DNA of 64,000 nt from Hemiscyllium ocellatum (Eukaryota). Positions 62,835 to 64,000 of the stretch are shown piece by piece; position 1 is the first letter of the stretch; every line of letters begins with the position of its first letter. Below the pieces are notes generated by a model that made no database searches, was not told the DNA's origin, and worked only from the letters and a program-made list of their open reading frames with translations. The position numbers and the translations under genes are program-made. Where the stretch lies: positions 1,798,001 through 1,862,000 of the forward strand of contig NW_026867538.1 of the NCBI RefSeq assembly GCF_020745735.1. The letters are read 5' to 3'.

Positions 62835-64000
62835 CGGAAATACATGCAGGGAGGTTATTTGCGTGAAACTGAGAAGTACGAAAGGGGTGATCAACTTATT
62901 AGGATTGTATTATAGACCCCCAATTGTCATAGGTAAATTGAGAAACAAACTTGCAAGGAGATCTCATCTATCTGTAAGAATAATAGGGTAGTTGGGGTAG
63001 GGGATTTTAACTTCCCAAACATCGACTGGGATTGCCATAGTGTTAAAGGTTGAGATGGAGAGGAAATTCTTCAGTGTGTACAAGACAATTTTCTGATTCA
63101 GTATGTGAATATACCTATTAGAGAAGGCGCAGAACTTGACCTACTCTTGGGAAATAAGGCAGGGCAGGTGACTCAGGTGTCGGTGGGGGAGCACTTTGGC
63201 AACAGCGACCATAATTTTATTCATTTTAAAATAGTGATGGAAAAGGATAGACCAGATCTAAAAGTTGAAGTCCTAAATTTAGAGAAAGGCCAATTTTGAT
63301 GGTATTTGGCAAAAACTTTTGAAAGCTGTTTGCAAACAAATGTTCGCAGCTAACGGGATGGCTGGAAAATGGGAAGCCTTCAGAAATGTGATAACAAGAA
63401 TCCAGAAAAAGTATATTCCTGTCAGGGTGAAAGGGAAGGCTGATGGATATAGGGGCTGATGGATGACTAAAGAAATTGAGGGTTTGGTTAAGAAATAGAA
63501 GGAAGCACATGTCAGGTATAGACAGGTTCGATCAAGTGAATTATTAGAAGAGTATGAAGCAAGTAGGAGTTGGACAAGGTTCCCCATGGGAGACTGATTT
63601 GCAAGGTTAGATCTCATTGGATACAGGGAGAACTAGCCATTTTGATACAGAACTGGCTCAAAGGTAGAAGACAGAAGGTGGTGGTAGAGGGTTGCTTTTC
63701 AAACTGGAGGCCTGTGACCAGTGGAGTGCCACAAGGATCGGTGCTGGGTCCTCTACTTTTTGTCATGTACATAAATGATTTGGATGGGAGAATAAGAGGT
63801 ACAGTAAGTTTGCAGATGACACCAAAATTGGACAGCGAAAAGGGTTACAACAGAATCTGGACAACATGTGCTAATGGGCTGAGAAGGGGCAGATGGAGGT
63901 TAATTCAGATAAATGTGAGGTACTACATTTTGGAAAACCAAATCTTAGCAGGACTTACACACTTATTGGTAAGGTCCTAGGGACTGTTGCTGAACAAAGA
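62835..64000 (+). mobile_element. CR1 ORF2 fragments (APE, then RT after an internal deletion at ~63570); runs off the window end
   Basis: GLYYRPP, GDFNFP, LDLLL, SDHN; then [27 protein letters not shown]. Confidence 0.92.

Overview
Eukaryotic, repeat-saturated genomic DNA, almost certainly from an elasmobranch (shark/ray): it carries eight HE1-type tRNA-derived V-SINEs and many CR1 (HER1-like) LINE fragments. I can support no intact host gene. Most of the window is nested, decayed retroelements. These include about 20 CR1 fragments (one young 2.7-kb copy at 28059-30768), five Gmr1-like Gypsy LTR-retrotransposon relics (gag-PR-INT-RT-RH order, SCAN-like gag), and Penelope-like elements (PLEs) of both Poseidon and Neptune type. 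A 6.6-kb composite tandem-repeat domain (50-bp, ~33-bp and 6-bp units) lies at 25.2-31.8 kb, and there are two assembly gaps. The most notable signals are: (i) an intact minimal hammerhead-ribozyme motif in a young PLE terminal repeat (57791-57826, minus strand), with about nine decayed relatives, several inside short palindromic non-autonomous insertions; (ii) a 50-bp-period array with a hairpin-forming conserved half and a variable half, which looks CRISPR-like but is most likely a minisatellite; (iii) weak hints of a decayed RhoGAP-like gene near 40.7-42.0 kb. Boundaries of degenerate elements are approximate (tens of bp). Family assignments come from recalled motifs, not database searches.
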